Position numbers and translations under genes: made by a program. Of a stretch of DNA of 64,000 nt, positions 25,500 through 39,213 are shown piece after piece; the first letter of the stretch is position 1, and each line of letters opens with the position of its first letter. This DNA is from Octopus vulgaris (taxonomy: Eukaryota). The stretch is taken from positions 16,182,001 through 16,246,000 of the forward strand of contig OX597832.1 in the NCBI GenBank assembly GCA_951406725.2, read 5' to 3'. Under the pieces are notes generated by a model that ran no database searches, was not told where the DNA came from, and saw nothing but the letters and a program-made list of their open reading frames with translations.

Positions 25500-26650
25500 A
25501 GGTTCCATGACCTGACCACGGCACCAATTTTCATTAATGTATTCAGAACATAAACATAAGACGACGAGGAATATTCTTCAAGGTAGACATCTAGGAAAAC
25601 ACAAATATCCTCGATGTCAACAAGAATAAAACGGAAAATTGTTCAAAACGTATTGATTCCACGCACACCAACGACATCTCCAAGATGACATCGTTATACA
25701 CTCTTCAGTGAAAGGACGGAAGGTCATCTCACTTTCGATCACTGACCTAGGAACTGAAGGAGAAAAAGAGGCTCTTTTCTAAGCATTAAAGAATCCCATC
25801 AAGTAGAGCCACCGGTGCCCTATATGCAACAGCACACATTACCAAAAACACCAGTCAATACATCAATAGAAGCAATAAAGAATCTAACAACAACAGCCAC
25901 TGTAACCCCAATTCTTACCATAGCAACAATCAATAGTCTGATTTCTCCAGTCAGATCTTAACTTCCAGAATAAGACTTTCCTCATCCCGTTTCTGAGCGG
26001 TCAGACATGGAATGCGTCGCTTTTATGGAAGATAAAAAAATAAAGGAGGGATAGGACCGAAATAAAAAAGTATATTAGCGAACAAACCCCATCAACAAAA
26101 ACAGTAGAGACGCCCCCCAAAAAATAGAATGTTAAGGCATAAAACACAGGAAGCAAAAATTACATCAACACTGCTGTTGCAAACACAAATCACTTCTACG
26201 ACCAACAGCTCCACGCGCACAAACCATATCATATACACAAAAACAATCTCAGCAACAAACTAAAGAAAGTAGCACTAGAAGCACCATACAATGCAATTTT
26301 CATCTGCTGCATAACACACGGTAGCATAAAAGCGACGTATTTTATGGATTTTATAACACCCACGATACCCATTTCGACACACATAGAAGTCATTCGTACG
26401 GCAGAAAACTTATACATACTAGCTAATAATTGGTGATCTGTTGGTGGAAAGAGTCCATTCAAACTGGAGAAACGGACAAAATGCTCCTTCATACAAGCAC
26501 AAGTTTCCCATAGTGAAGATGCCGATGACCGTTCGGTTCAAAGTCTCCCTTGACCACAAGTGGCCTGAACGCTTTACATAAACACCACCTTGTACATAAC
26601 TCCATGTCCCCCTACATGGCCTTGCTTTTTGCTTTTTGAGCCAAAAAATT
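25500..26650 (-). mobile_element. Possible highly degraded L1/Tx1-like remnant
   Basis: Minus-strand VGVRGINT near 25660 resembles the APE start NVRGL. Elevated GC, and adjacent to a clearer Tx1-like fragment. Weak. Confidence 0.3.
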
Positions 26651-26849
26651 AACTAACTAACATATCATTTCCTCCCTTATCCCAATAGCATGTCCTTGAT
26701 CGGAATACACACATTGAGTGCATGTATCCATGGGTTGCCCTGGAAGTTTGCTCACGTCCTCAACGAACTCACGTCACTGAACGTCGATGTTGATCAGTAC
26801 GTCTTCAGTCTTTGAATACCAATGTTTCAAAATCATTTTTGTGTTCCAT

Positions 26850-27200
26850 CATGTATAGGCATCTACCAGTCGTGCAGGAAGAGGCCGCTGGCAGGTAACG
26901 ACCGGAGTATTTCTAATGTACCTGATCAAACCAAATCATATCATTGAGATCGTATCTAGATAATATTTTCTGCAGGGACGCAGATAAGGAAATATCAGGT
27001 TGTCCACAATTTAAGTTGTCGATATATATACAACAAATATGTGACATGTGCAGCAACTTAGACATGTTCCATAGACAGGGGCCCAGTTACTGGAATTTAA
27101 ACCTGTCCTTCCCGGAGCGCCAAACGTCAATCAGCAACTTTGTGGTTTAGTTAAAAGGGCGTTGAAGAGGGCATTATTAACAATAAATGGTAGTCCGGCT
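26850..27200 (+). mobile_element. L1/Tx1-clade endonuclease C-terminal remnant
   Basis: ORF 26944-27150 RSYLDNIFCR...RQGPSYWNLNLSF resembles the SxLDRIF and GPGYWKLNxSLL motifs of L1/Tx1 APE. Confidence 0.65.
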
Positions 27201-27685
27201 TGAAAAGGGATATTACAAAAGGCTAAGTTGACACAGGGCTGCTGCTAAGATAAGGGAATAGATGACTGCCTGTACCAAATATGATATCATTTTTTTTAGT
27301 TGAAGTCTTCTACCAGTTTCATGCTTACGTGCCGGGCTTGTCCCGGTTAATCTTGGGTATTTATATATGATTTATATATGTGCCATCTGCAATATCAGGC
27401 TCAAATGCTCTGCCGCGTACGCAGTATTTCGAACTCCTATATTATTATTTCAATTTTAAAATTTGTACCGTCTGTTATGAAATGCTGTTTGATTGTTACA
27501 TAAAATATTTTTATATCGTTGCTATCATGATAAACTATCGTATGTCCAAATTTGACAAAATGTGATTTTTTTTCGATATTTAATTTTGCTTTCAATAGCC
27601 GGTTCATTTGGTCAAACTATCGTATCTTTAGCTGCTTCAGATACCAAGTTATCAAAACACACGCACACATGCACACACATGCGCA

Positions 27686-27746
<61 letters not shown>

Positions 27747-28549
27747 GTAATTGGTAGAACTAAATGTATGTTCCATCTAATGCGGACGTCTCCTGTATAG
27801 TTCTGCAAATTCTATTTTGCTATGGCGATCACACTGATGAATTGGGTGTATTTACGTAAGTATTAAGTTAGTGGTAACAATGAAATCGGGTTTGTGATTA
27901 ATCTTTATATTTTGTATCTTTTCATTTGTCTTGCTGTCTTAAATTCTTTTTTTCTCTCTGTGCCGCAAATATTTTCCTAGTTCACGTTTCTCTGAAATTA
28001 AGGAAAAGTGTTTATGTCACCACTCCCCTAGCTCGTTTTATGGGTATTTACTATTATCTAAATGAATCCTTATTAAGTTTGTTTCTCTATGCTTTAAGAG
28101 ATACTTAGGTCCATAAGAAATTAAGATTAGGGAAAGCATATGATAGTATTTATGATCAGTGCCGTTTCTGAACTGATAACTCGTAATGCTCGTTATTATC
28201 AATGGACACAGTATACTAGCCTTAGAACTTCTGTTAATGATAAGAAAGCGAATACCAAATTTAGAAATGAATTACAATCCCATCACACCCACTGTGATCC
28301 ATTTCTGCTACTCCAACACTCCAACACTATATTGTTTTTCTCTTAGCTTATTCTTCTTGCAATGGTGGCAACACGATATTCTTTCATTCTGTAACTGTGA
28401 TAAAATATTTGAGAAAAATCATATTATCTTGAAAATGTATAGTTTGTGAAACTGAAGCCAGCAATTTTTTTAAGTTGATGTAATGTTTGCAATGCTCAAT
28501 TAAATGGAGTGGCTTGAAACGATCGCATTGCATTGGCCTGCCGTCTTAA

Positions 28550-28623
<74 letters not shown>

Positions 28624-28929
28624 AACACAATATGAGAATATGTTTACGAGTAATGCTGTGTCGTTTCTATTACACCATCGAACTTAGGTATCATTAACGT
28701 AACCAATTAACTACAGAATGCAAATTCTATCGCCTTCTGTATCCATTAACGTACCACATGAAAGTTTACATGATTAGATTTCAGACAATTGCATAATAAA
28801 TCCTGTTTATGTAGTTTGCATATATCAAAGAATCACTTCATATGCATGAAATTTAATACTTTGTAAATATATGACTTATAAACAATATCGTATATTTCGT
28901 TTTCTTTTCAGTTTATAAATTCACACAAA

Positions 28930-29592
28930 ACATAGTTTTTGATGTTATGTTTGTTGTTGCAGATACGTTTCCTGGTAGATCTGAGGTGTTGATTTCAAAA
29001 TATTCCAATTCTCACAGGCTCAAATCTACAGTTTCCAATATTTCCGGAAGTGTCACTATTTCTATAGATATATTTGGCGCATTAAATGCCGACCCCTGTA
29101 TGGGGCTTTCAGATGACGAAGAAAATATAGATTTTCAATATTATTTATAGAAAAGGAAATTACAAACGTAAAACCAATAGTTATGACTTGAGTATATTTA
29201 GCGAATATTAAATTCAAACTTGAGCTACTTTCACTATTTTGAATGTAATGTGTTTTGTGATGATAACAGAAATGTCTTAATACAGTTAAATATCAATACA
29301 TAACTCCCTTCATATTCTTAATATGAAGTAACTTGGGCTATTGTGATATCATGCGAGTTCTATTCAAGAATTTCCGGGAATCGATGTTAATTCTGGAACT
29401 TTTCCACCACAAATCTACAATCGCTTAATTTATAGCTGTTCTGAAAATACTTAATAACAATTCTGAAAATACTTTTCTCAGGGGATATAACATACCGAAA
29501 TGCCCATCGATATATTTGAATTGACCTTGTGGATGTATGTTTGCCTATGAACTCTAACCTACTATAGTTTTAAAAATTGAACTTGGGACGTA

Positions 29593-29628
<36 letters not shown>

Positions 29629-30616
29629 ATTGGTCATAGAACAAACGCTAAATTCGGGTCGACGACGTAATATATTTCATCATACCTCGAACATTTAATC
29701 ATATATAAATATCACCATTGTATGTACAGATATACATACACATAAAACACAGAAGATAAAAATATATATTTGAATACAATACAAATAGAACCGCCTATCA
29801 AACAGCAAAGTAAACGACTAAATATTCAAATATGTGCCATACTACAAAAGCAATGAACTGAGATAAAATATCAAACGACTAAGAATGTTTTATCAAAGGT
29901 TTATAAATATCATTAAAAGGAACTGTTTACACCCCTCACACAATGTACGTCCCAAGTTCAATTTTTAAAACTATAGTAGGTTAGAGTTCATAGGCAAACA
30001 TACATCCACAAGGTCAATTCAAATATATCGATGGGCATTTCGGTATGTTATATCCCCTGGGAAAAGTATTTTCAGAATTGTTATTAAGTATTTTCAGAAC
30101 AGCTATAAATTAAGCGATTGTAGATTTGTGGTGGAAACGTTCCAGAATTAACATATATTCCATGAAAGTCTTGAATAGAACTCGCAAAATATCACAATAA
30201 CCCATGTTACTTCATATTAAGAATATGAAGGGAGTTATGTATTGATATTTAACTGTATTAAGACATTTCCGTTATCATCACAAAACACATTACATTCAAA
30301 ATAGTGAAAGTAGCTCAAGTTTGAATTTCATATGCGCTAAAGATACTCAAATCATAACTATTGGTTTTACGTTTGTAATTTCCTGTACTATAAATAATAT
30401 TGAAAATCTATTTTTTCTTCGTCATCTGAAAGCCCCATACAGGGGTCGGCATTTAATGCGCCAAATATATTTATAGAAATTGTGACACTTCCGGAAATAT
30501 TGAAAACTGGACATTTGAGACTGTGAAAATTGGAATATTTTACAAGTTTGAAATCAACACCTCAGACCTACCAGCAAACGTATCTGCAACAACAAACATA
30601 CCATCAAAAACTGTGT
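28930..30616. repeat. Large foldback element: inverted arms about 670 bp, spacer about 340 bp
   Basis: 28930-29598 is the reverse complement of 29940-30616, roughly 90% identical by eye. No coding capacity seen. Confidence 0.9.
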
Positions 30617-30617
30617 A

Positions 30618-30671
<54 letters not shown>

Positions 30672-31106
30672 TACACACACACACATATGACATTATCGAT
30701 ATATGTGTATCAGAGAACACAAAACATAGCATACCACGAGACCAGTCGGCAATCATGTCTTGGAACAATTAGTATAAAATAAAACACGCGGTCAAATTCT
30801 AGTTGAAAGAAAATTGTTTAAGTTCTTCACAATTCTAGTATAAGAATATTTTTTTTCTTTATTCAAATTTTGTCAGTATGTAATTTTTATTTTATTTTCT
30901 CAAATATTGTGTCAGCAATTATTGTCACGTGAGCTGCATTCATGAATAATACAATTCGAGTATTTTACGAAGCGTTGACAAGAAAGTGTCAAAAATTTCA
31001 AGGAGATGATAAGAGAAAAATATCATTATCTTGTTTTTCTTAGATGTCACACTACGCATACTATTTGGAAGGGAAGGAAATTTTTGGAAGATTCTGAAAT
31101 GTTTTT

Positions 31107-31192
<86 letters not shown>

Positions 31193-31319
31193 ACGTAGGT
31201 TGGTAGGTAGGTATAGACAAAAACTAATATAAACCAGAGTAATGGGGAAAATGCATGGTGATGGGTATGTAATCCTGAATTTAAATATGTAGTAAAGATC
31301 ACAGTTGGTTATACTGTGT

Positions 31320-31500
31320 ATATTTAGACATGTTCTGTATTTTTCGATGAATATAATTTTTTTTATCTTAAAGTTTTTGTAAAGAAATTGTATCTTTGCA
31401 CTCGTAGAAGGGATATCTGGGAAATTTGGTTTGGTGTTACCTGCGAATCTCTCTATATGTTCAGTTAGAAGAATATATCTGTCCGTATTGCTGGAACCAG
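31320..31500 (-). mobile_element. Penelope-like GIY-YIG endonuclease C-terminal remnant
   Basis: Across frameshifts: LTEHIERFAGNTKPNF...PFYECKDTISLQK...FIEKYRTCLN, resembling the xSEH....F...(KE)..FI...P.LN ending of PLE endonucleases. Confidence 0.45.
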
Positions 31501-31569
31501 ATCTACTCATTATTTAGAGTGGTTCTCCATCTCAATTTCATACTGGTGTGTCCTATATAGTGAAGTCCA

Positions 31570-31925
31570 GAACCCGAGCATGAATAGAACGTGGTTGACA
31601 TTTTGTTCGCGGCTCTGAAATACATACCCAGCGTTTGCTTTTCTCAGAACAAGGGTTAGTTGTTTTATGAACAATACAAAGTTCAGTGAGGAAAAACAGT
31701 TCCCTTGGAAAATGCTTTTCTTGATTTCTATTGTCACTAGACCTCCTCAATACACTGCCAGTGCCGTCCTCTAATTCGTCATACCTTTTCTAAGAAATCG
31801 TTCAACATTAGATGCAATACCAAATACGTTTATAAATTTCATAATCCTAGAATATGGGATGATATCGTATGTCCTACGATAATCAATCCATGACATGGCA
31901 AAGTTAGTTTTTCCTCTCTCTCTGT
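31570..31925 (-). mobile_element. R4/Dong-clade RT fragment (motifs 3-5)
   Basis: RGKTNFAMSWIDYRRTYDIIPYS (about 31850-31920) and IEIKKSIFQGNCFSSLNFVLFIKQLTLVLRKANAGY...VNHVLFM. Confidence 0.8.
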
Positions 31926-32033
31926 CTCTAGGTATTCGAGAATAAGTATTAGGCTTAAAACGAATACATCCTGGGGGGGGGCGATATTTCTTCTACTAAA
32001 ACTTTTTAAGTTGGTGCTCCCACACCTAAATAG

Positions 32034-32084
<51 letters not shown>

Positions 32085-32367
32085 ATTTCAGGGTATGTTA
32101 ACATAGTGAATGACTGGTTATTTCCACGGAAGTACTGGTTCAATACCTGGTATTATTGGGGAAATTCCCGTACATCTACACTTATATATCAAGCAAATTG
32201 TTTACATCCAGGGAATTGAAGAAAAGAAAATTGAAAGTAGGGATAACATTTATTTATTATTAATAACTTAGTAAATTTACCTTTTTATAGCCGTTTCAAT
32301 TAATATTCAATGATTTAATGAGTATAAATACATATGTATGCATGTGTATATGTATATATATATATAC

Positions 32368-32484
<117 letters not shown>

Positions 32485-33399
32485 TATAAACGAAAAATAA
32501 CTCCTCCTACCTATCCGATTGTTTAAAATTTCAAAAATGGATCACGGAGTTGGTAGTATTTGATATAAGTGTTGTTTATGATAATATCTCATGCTGTCTT
32601 GTTTTCAATATATCCGAAACCATTAACAACGAATATAGACTTACACAAACATGTAAAAATTTCTTGACAAGGAATATGTACAGAATATTTTCCTCCTTTT
32701 TTCTCTTTGTGACTTGAATAATATTGCAGCAAACGTTTGTCAACGTGATACCGATGTGAAATAAATAATTTCGCTCATAATAATTGATTCATTAACATGT
32801 TGTACACCAAATATATTTTGCTCAACTCTGGTAATGCACAAATCGATGTAAAAAAAAAAGGCTTAATTCTTATTCATCAGTGCAGTAGCTCCTTTGGAAA
32901 AAATTATTTATTGTTTTACATTCTCCTAAGTACAATAAGATTTTTTCAGGTATATCTGCAATAATACGTATTTTGCTTTAACTGGGGTCTTTCTATGAAA
33001 CGCAATGTTGTGATATCGCGATTGTTTCAATACCATTATACACTTCAAAACTTTTGATAAGTTACCCTGTCTTATGCAAGTAAATTTCCCTTATTGTTAC
33101 TGATAGTAACAATTATTTCAGTAACCTTTCGCACAAACTCACCCCACCATGGCACATTTTCCCTTTAAACTTTAAGTAACCTCGTCCTTTGGTGTGCATC
33201 TTTCCCAAACATATTAAGCTCTCATCGGCTCAACCATCGTTAATTATTGAAACATTGACAATGCATTCTTATTTTCATTTACATATGACACTTTCATCAT
33301 GTCTCAGACCAGTAATTTTCTAATATAACATTGACACTCGCATTTCAACTGAAAACTCACTTGTGAAAGCAATTATAAATACATTTCATGCAATATGTA

Positions 33400-34145
<746 letters not shown>

Positions 34146-34156
34146 ATATATATATA

Positions 34157-34540
34157 GTGACGTATATTTGCCATTCGAATATGGCTAATCCCTAAGGGTG
34201 GATGCTACTGTAGCTTGTAGCCCCAGGAGGACACCTCCTCCAGCTGGCTATAGACACACTTTCTGTGCCCTATCAGTATTTAGGAAGGGAAGCCATCCTT
34301 CCCGTCTTCAACTTATGATACACACGGACTCGCGTTTCAGGGTATTGACCCGTCATCGGCGTGTGACAATCATAGTTGTCGACGGGAAGTCGGTTCCCTC
34401 CACAAATACATCTACTTTTTCCAGTATCGATTGACACTGATATTGAAAAATTGAAGTCAAACAATGATAAATCTCAGAGCGAGTTATAAACAGTAGCAGC
34501 CACACATCGTGACGTATATTTGCCATTTGAATATGGCTAA

Positions 34541-34542
<2 letters not shown>
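34157..34542 (-). mobile_element. Retrozyme-like element: 352-bp monomer + 32-bp terminal direct repeat, within (TA)n
   Basis: GTGACGTATATTTGCCATT(C/T)GAATATGGCTAA at 34157-34188 and 34509-34540. Non-coding, with an internal hammerhead. Confidence 0.7.
34321..34365 (-). ncRNA. Type I hammerhead ribozyme fold with a U4C core variant
   Basis: Minus strand CACACG-CCGATGA-C-GGGT(CAAT)ACCC-T-GAAA-C(GCGA)G-TC^CGTGTG: stem I 6 bp, stem II 4 bp, GUC triplet. Confidence 0.75.
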
Positions 34543-34578
<36 letters not shown>

Positions 34579-36078
34579 TTCTCAGTACATATTCAAATGC
34601 CGGTATATATCGCATAACCATACGATTTTTAAGCCATTCAAAATCCTTCCGATTGCTGGTTTATAGCTTCATTTTCTACGTCACATTCCGTGTCTGAAGT
34701 CGACTACCATTACAACTTACTACACACATTTAGTGTCTACTGTTCAGTAAGTCTTATATACTCTTTAATAGTCGTTCATCATATCTAACAAAAATAGATT
34801 AACTCCACGCGTTAGATTTTGTCGCGTTTTGTGTTATTCTCTATATTTAAGGCGCTCTTATATTCCTTGCGCTGTGGTAATTATTTACAATATTGTATTT
34901 TCCCACAGTTAATGGTCAATGTTTGCTTCATACAAACAATGTACCTAGCTACACTCTTAACGGAAATCATATTCTATCTTGAATATACCCACATAAGAAA
35001 TGCCATAAAACAATATTTTGATAAATCAGCAGCGTAAATCTTGAATTTCGCAATGATCGATGATATAGCGAGGCAGATATCGGATGCGATCATCTATCAC
35101 TTATGGCAACAATTCAATCAAAACTGACGGCTAATTAAATAAGTAACCGATTATCATACCTTAAAGAATACACAAAACTAAGAATGCTTTTTAACGATGA
35201 TATATTTGAATAAGAATTTATAATGTTACAAACATTTGAGGAATGTGTGTATCACTGAATATGTAAACGCATAAGGAAACGGCAGAAAATGTCTTAAGCA
35301 GAATGATGAGTGAAAATGGAAAGGAAATTGCGACGAATTGTGGTTATTCAGGAACGAAAGAAAAATAAAGTGTTCAAAATATGGAAACAGTTAAATTTCT
35401 CTTAAAATACGAAGTAGCTAAATAATTGATTTTGAACGCAGAAGTGAAAAGAGAACCAAAATTATTTTAACCAATATTGTTGCAATTGACAGTTGGTAAG
35501 GCCAATGAAATTATGAATGCTGGGAAAATAGGGAACATTAAAGTATTTAGGAAATAATAGTCATAATTATACACAAAGTAAAGAGATCAAAAATATTGAT
35601 TTCAAATTTTGGCACACGGCAAGAAAGAGATCATAAATATTGCGAATAACACTGACAACCAAATAAAAGAATCACAGGTGGACTATAATAGAAACATCAC
35701 TTTTGAAATTGGTGCGATTTTTTTTATTTTGAAATATGAAGCAATTTGATGGAGAGTAATATATTTGTATAAGAGACCAAGGATGGAAAAGTACTTCATA
35801 GAGGACTGATCAGCTTTGCAATAACTAAAAATAAATTTAGCATTAATGTGTGTACAAATATTTTGGTCATATCAGTCATCATAATGAGGATACTTCAATC
35901 ATTAAAATGTTGATGAAATGGTGGCCATTTGTAGTGTCTAATTATATCGAGGGATGTTGCAAAAATTGTTTGTACAAGTAAAAGTAGGAGACAGCTATTA
36001 TACCTCTAGAAACACAAATGGTAATATGATGCAATAGAGAACCGCAAGTCAAAGGTTTTAGGTATATTCTCATATAAA

Positions 36079-36321
36079 GGCGGTGAGCTGGCAGAATCGT
36101 TAACACGCCGAGCGAAATGCGTAGCCGTATTTCGTCTGCCTTTTACGTTCTGAGTTCAAATTCCGCCGAGGTCGACTTTGCTTTTCATCCTTTCGGGATG
36201 GATAAATTAAGTACCAGTTACGTACTGGGGTCGATCTAATTGACTTGATCCGTTTATCTGTCCTAGATCTAGTTTTTCCTCTCTGTATTTAGCCCCTTGT
36301 AGGTAGTAAAAAAATAGGTAT
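36079..36321 (+). mobile_element. tRNA-derived Deu/Nin-type SINE, monomer
   Basis: GGCGGTGAGCTGGCAGAATCGTTAAC...GAGTTCAAATTCCGCCGAGGTCGAC...AAATTAAGTACCAG. Confidence 0.9.
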
Positions 36322-37739
36322 ATTTTGACAGATGCCACTCTTTAAATTATAAGTTCTTGAATTAAGTTACTCTCGCAAAAAAATATATAGCATATCGTCC
36401 GATATGTGTTCACAATCCATAAATTGAACTGAGTGTGCATGTGTAAGTGTGACAATGTGTACGTGTGTGTATGCATGTGTGTGCTTGTGTGTGTATGTGT
36501 GTGTGTGTTGCGTTTGTGTGGAAGGAATGAAAAATGAGAAATAATTGCTCAATAGATGTTGACGATAATTCTTCTATATTGAGACATTGCATGTATGTGT
36601 GTGGGATGTATAATTAAACGTTTGTATTTCTGCACAAGCGACTATAACACGAACTACGACGTCCATAAATGGATAGCAAATATTACAGGAAGAAATGCAT
36701 GCACAGTCTAACTATTATGCCTGTTTAATCTTTTTATACTCTATTAATTATTTGAATAAATCTCTATTTTCGGCTAGTAAATCTCGGTCCATATTCAAAT
36801 CTACAAACAGCCACACTATGATATGCACTTCTCGACTAACAACCTAATATTATCATTAAAAAATCATAACATCGCATAATGTACGCAGGTTTGGACCTAA
36901 TGACACTTTTTTTATGTCAAATTATTGAATATTATTTTCAGACCAGCTTCCGAAAAAGAAATGCAAGACATTTTGAGGTATTGAGCATGTTTCCATAACG
37001 CATATTATTATTTTGTCTCTATTATTTTACTTTTGGAAATTAACCTGTTCACATTTCCATTGCTCTTTTTTCATTTCCCCAAATTGCGCGCATTTTTACC
37101 CTCTTTTCCATGCCCTTTTACTTCATTTCTATTTTTTAAATTAAATTTCTGATTTTATTTGGGTTACTGTTTGATCCGTCTCAACGGAAAATAGCAATGA
37201 CAGTCAAATCAAATCTAGCTATTAATTTTAAAATCAGTTCATATCATTGCTTCCATTAATTTTTACTTTGATTTTATGTAACACGAATAAATGAAACCAA
37301 AACCATAATTACATGAATAAAATATTTTAAATTGATGAGTGCGTGCATATACAAACAGGAGAAGTATAATGCGTGCATTAGTTATTGCACATGTGTGTTT
37401 GCAGCGTTATATTCATGTATTTGAGAATGTGCATAACATGTGGGTTTAGTTGCTTTTATTCGTGTGTATTTGGGTGTCTCAGAACTTCTGACTATTTACT
37501 GAATGAATAAAAAATGTTACTCAATTGCAGTGTTGTATTTCATTACTGACATCTGTTTCCTTCAGATCACGTCCATTTGACAGGTTAATTTATGTTATGT
37601 AAAATTCACGAAAATTTAACAAATTCAAGTGCCGACTTGAAGAAATGTGGTTTATAGTACATAGGTATTAACTAGAAACTCATATGACAAGAGCTGCTAT
37701 TGTCACAGTAAGAATTTACAAAAAAAAAAAAGACGAGGA

Positions 37740-37870
37740 CAGGTGTGTAAACAAAAAACAGATGTATTAGTTTAACGCACTTGAAGTGAGAACGTCTTTT
37801 ACGTTTCGAGCCTAAGCTCTTCGATAGAAAGGAACAAAGAGAGAAACGGAGAGAAAATAGAAAATAGAAA
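37740..37870 (-). repeat. Dispersed repeat with degenerate hammerhead-like motif (same family as 62165)
   Basis: Minus strand CTATCGAA-GAGC(TTAG)GCTC-GAAACGTAAAAGAC; homologous to 62198-62240. Confidence 0.6.
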
Positions 37871-37902
37871 ACAGGATATAGAAAATGTGTATGTGCATAT
37901 AT

Positions 37903-37935
<33 letters not shown>

Positions 37936-37979
37936 AAATTAAAATATATATAATATATACATATATACATATATACGTA

Positions 37980-38029
<50 letters not shown>

Positions 38030-38279
38030 CATATATATATGCATATATGCATACAGATATGCATATATACATATCTATATATATGTGTGTGCATATACAT
38101 ATCTATATATATATGCGCATACCTACACTTATATGTATATATAAATAACCACGACAACCTATAATAGTTGATGTATGGGTACAGGTCATAAAAAAGACGT
38201 TGAACACAACGAGAAACGAAAACAAAAACAAAAACATGGAAACGGACTTTTTTCAAACAACGAAAAAACAAAGTTCAAC

Positions 38280-38408
38280 ACATACAACACAAGGAATATT
38301 CTCCGTCTTCAGTTGTCCCTGTTTCGTTTGCTCCGTGTTTCGAAGGTAGACACAAAGTAGACGAAACAGGGACAACTGAAGAAGGGGAATATTCCTTGTG
38401 TTGTATGT
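38280..38408. repeat. Inverted repeat/hairpin, 53-bp arms, 23-nt loop
   Basis: 38280-38332 pairs with 38356-38408 (4 differences). Additional outer pairing of about 38197-38212 with about 38426-38440. Confidence 0.9.
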
Positions 38409-38748
38409 CTTGTACTCTGTTTTACCGTTGTGTTCAACGTTGTTTTATATTCTGTACAAATATATGCATGTATGTATAGATATAGATGTAGGTATGTGCA
38501 TATAAAAAATGTGACCGCGTGTGTACCGTTGGCGATTTTTTTCCTCTGTCTTCCCTTCTCTGGATCTTTCCTTCTCCTATATTTCCTGAGCGTCCAATAA
38601 TACTATATTAGTTCCACGTCCTCCCGTTGTTGCGTTTTTTTGTGCTTTCATATTTAGATTAACTCTATATGTGTATACGCATGTATTTATATATTATTTA
38701 TATTATTTTATGATCGAACGCCACGCATTCTTTTCCAAGTAAGTTTTA

Positions 38749-38808
<60 letters not shown>

Positions 38809-38923
38809 ATTATATAACTTAGATATGTTTCGACCAAAGATTGGTCCAGGCCATGTCTAACTTAATAGCACCACACACACACACAAACACAAAGACACAC
38901 ACACACAAACACACACACACATA

Positions 38924-38982
<59 letters not shown>

Positions 38983-39182
38983 TAGAGGGAAAAGGATAGC
39001 AAAACAAAAACAGGACGAATATCTTGATTTGATTTGACTGTCATTCCTATTTTCCTTTGAGGGGGATCAAACAGCAAACTCTCCATACTCTATGGAGCAT
39101 GATGAGCCGTGAACTTTATTCTCTTGTTTGTATTCTTTTATCTACTATTTTATTCATTATTTTTCTCTATCCTGACTTTATC

Positions 39183-39213
<31 letters not shown>

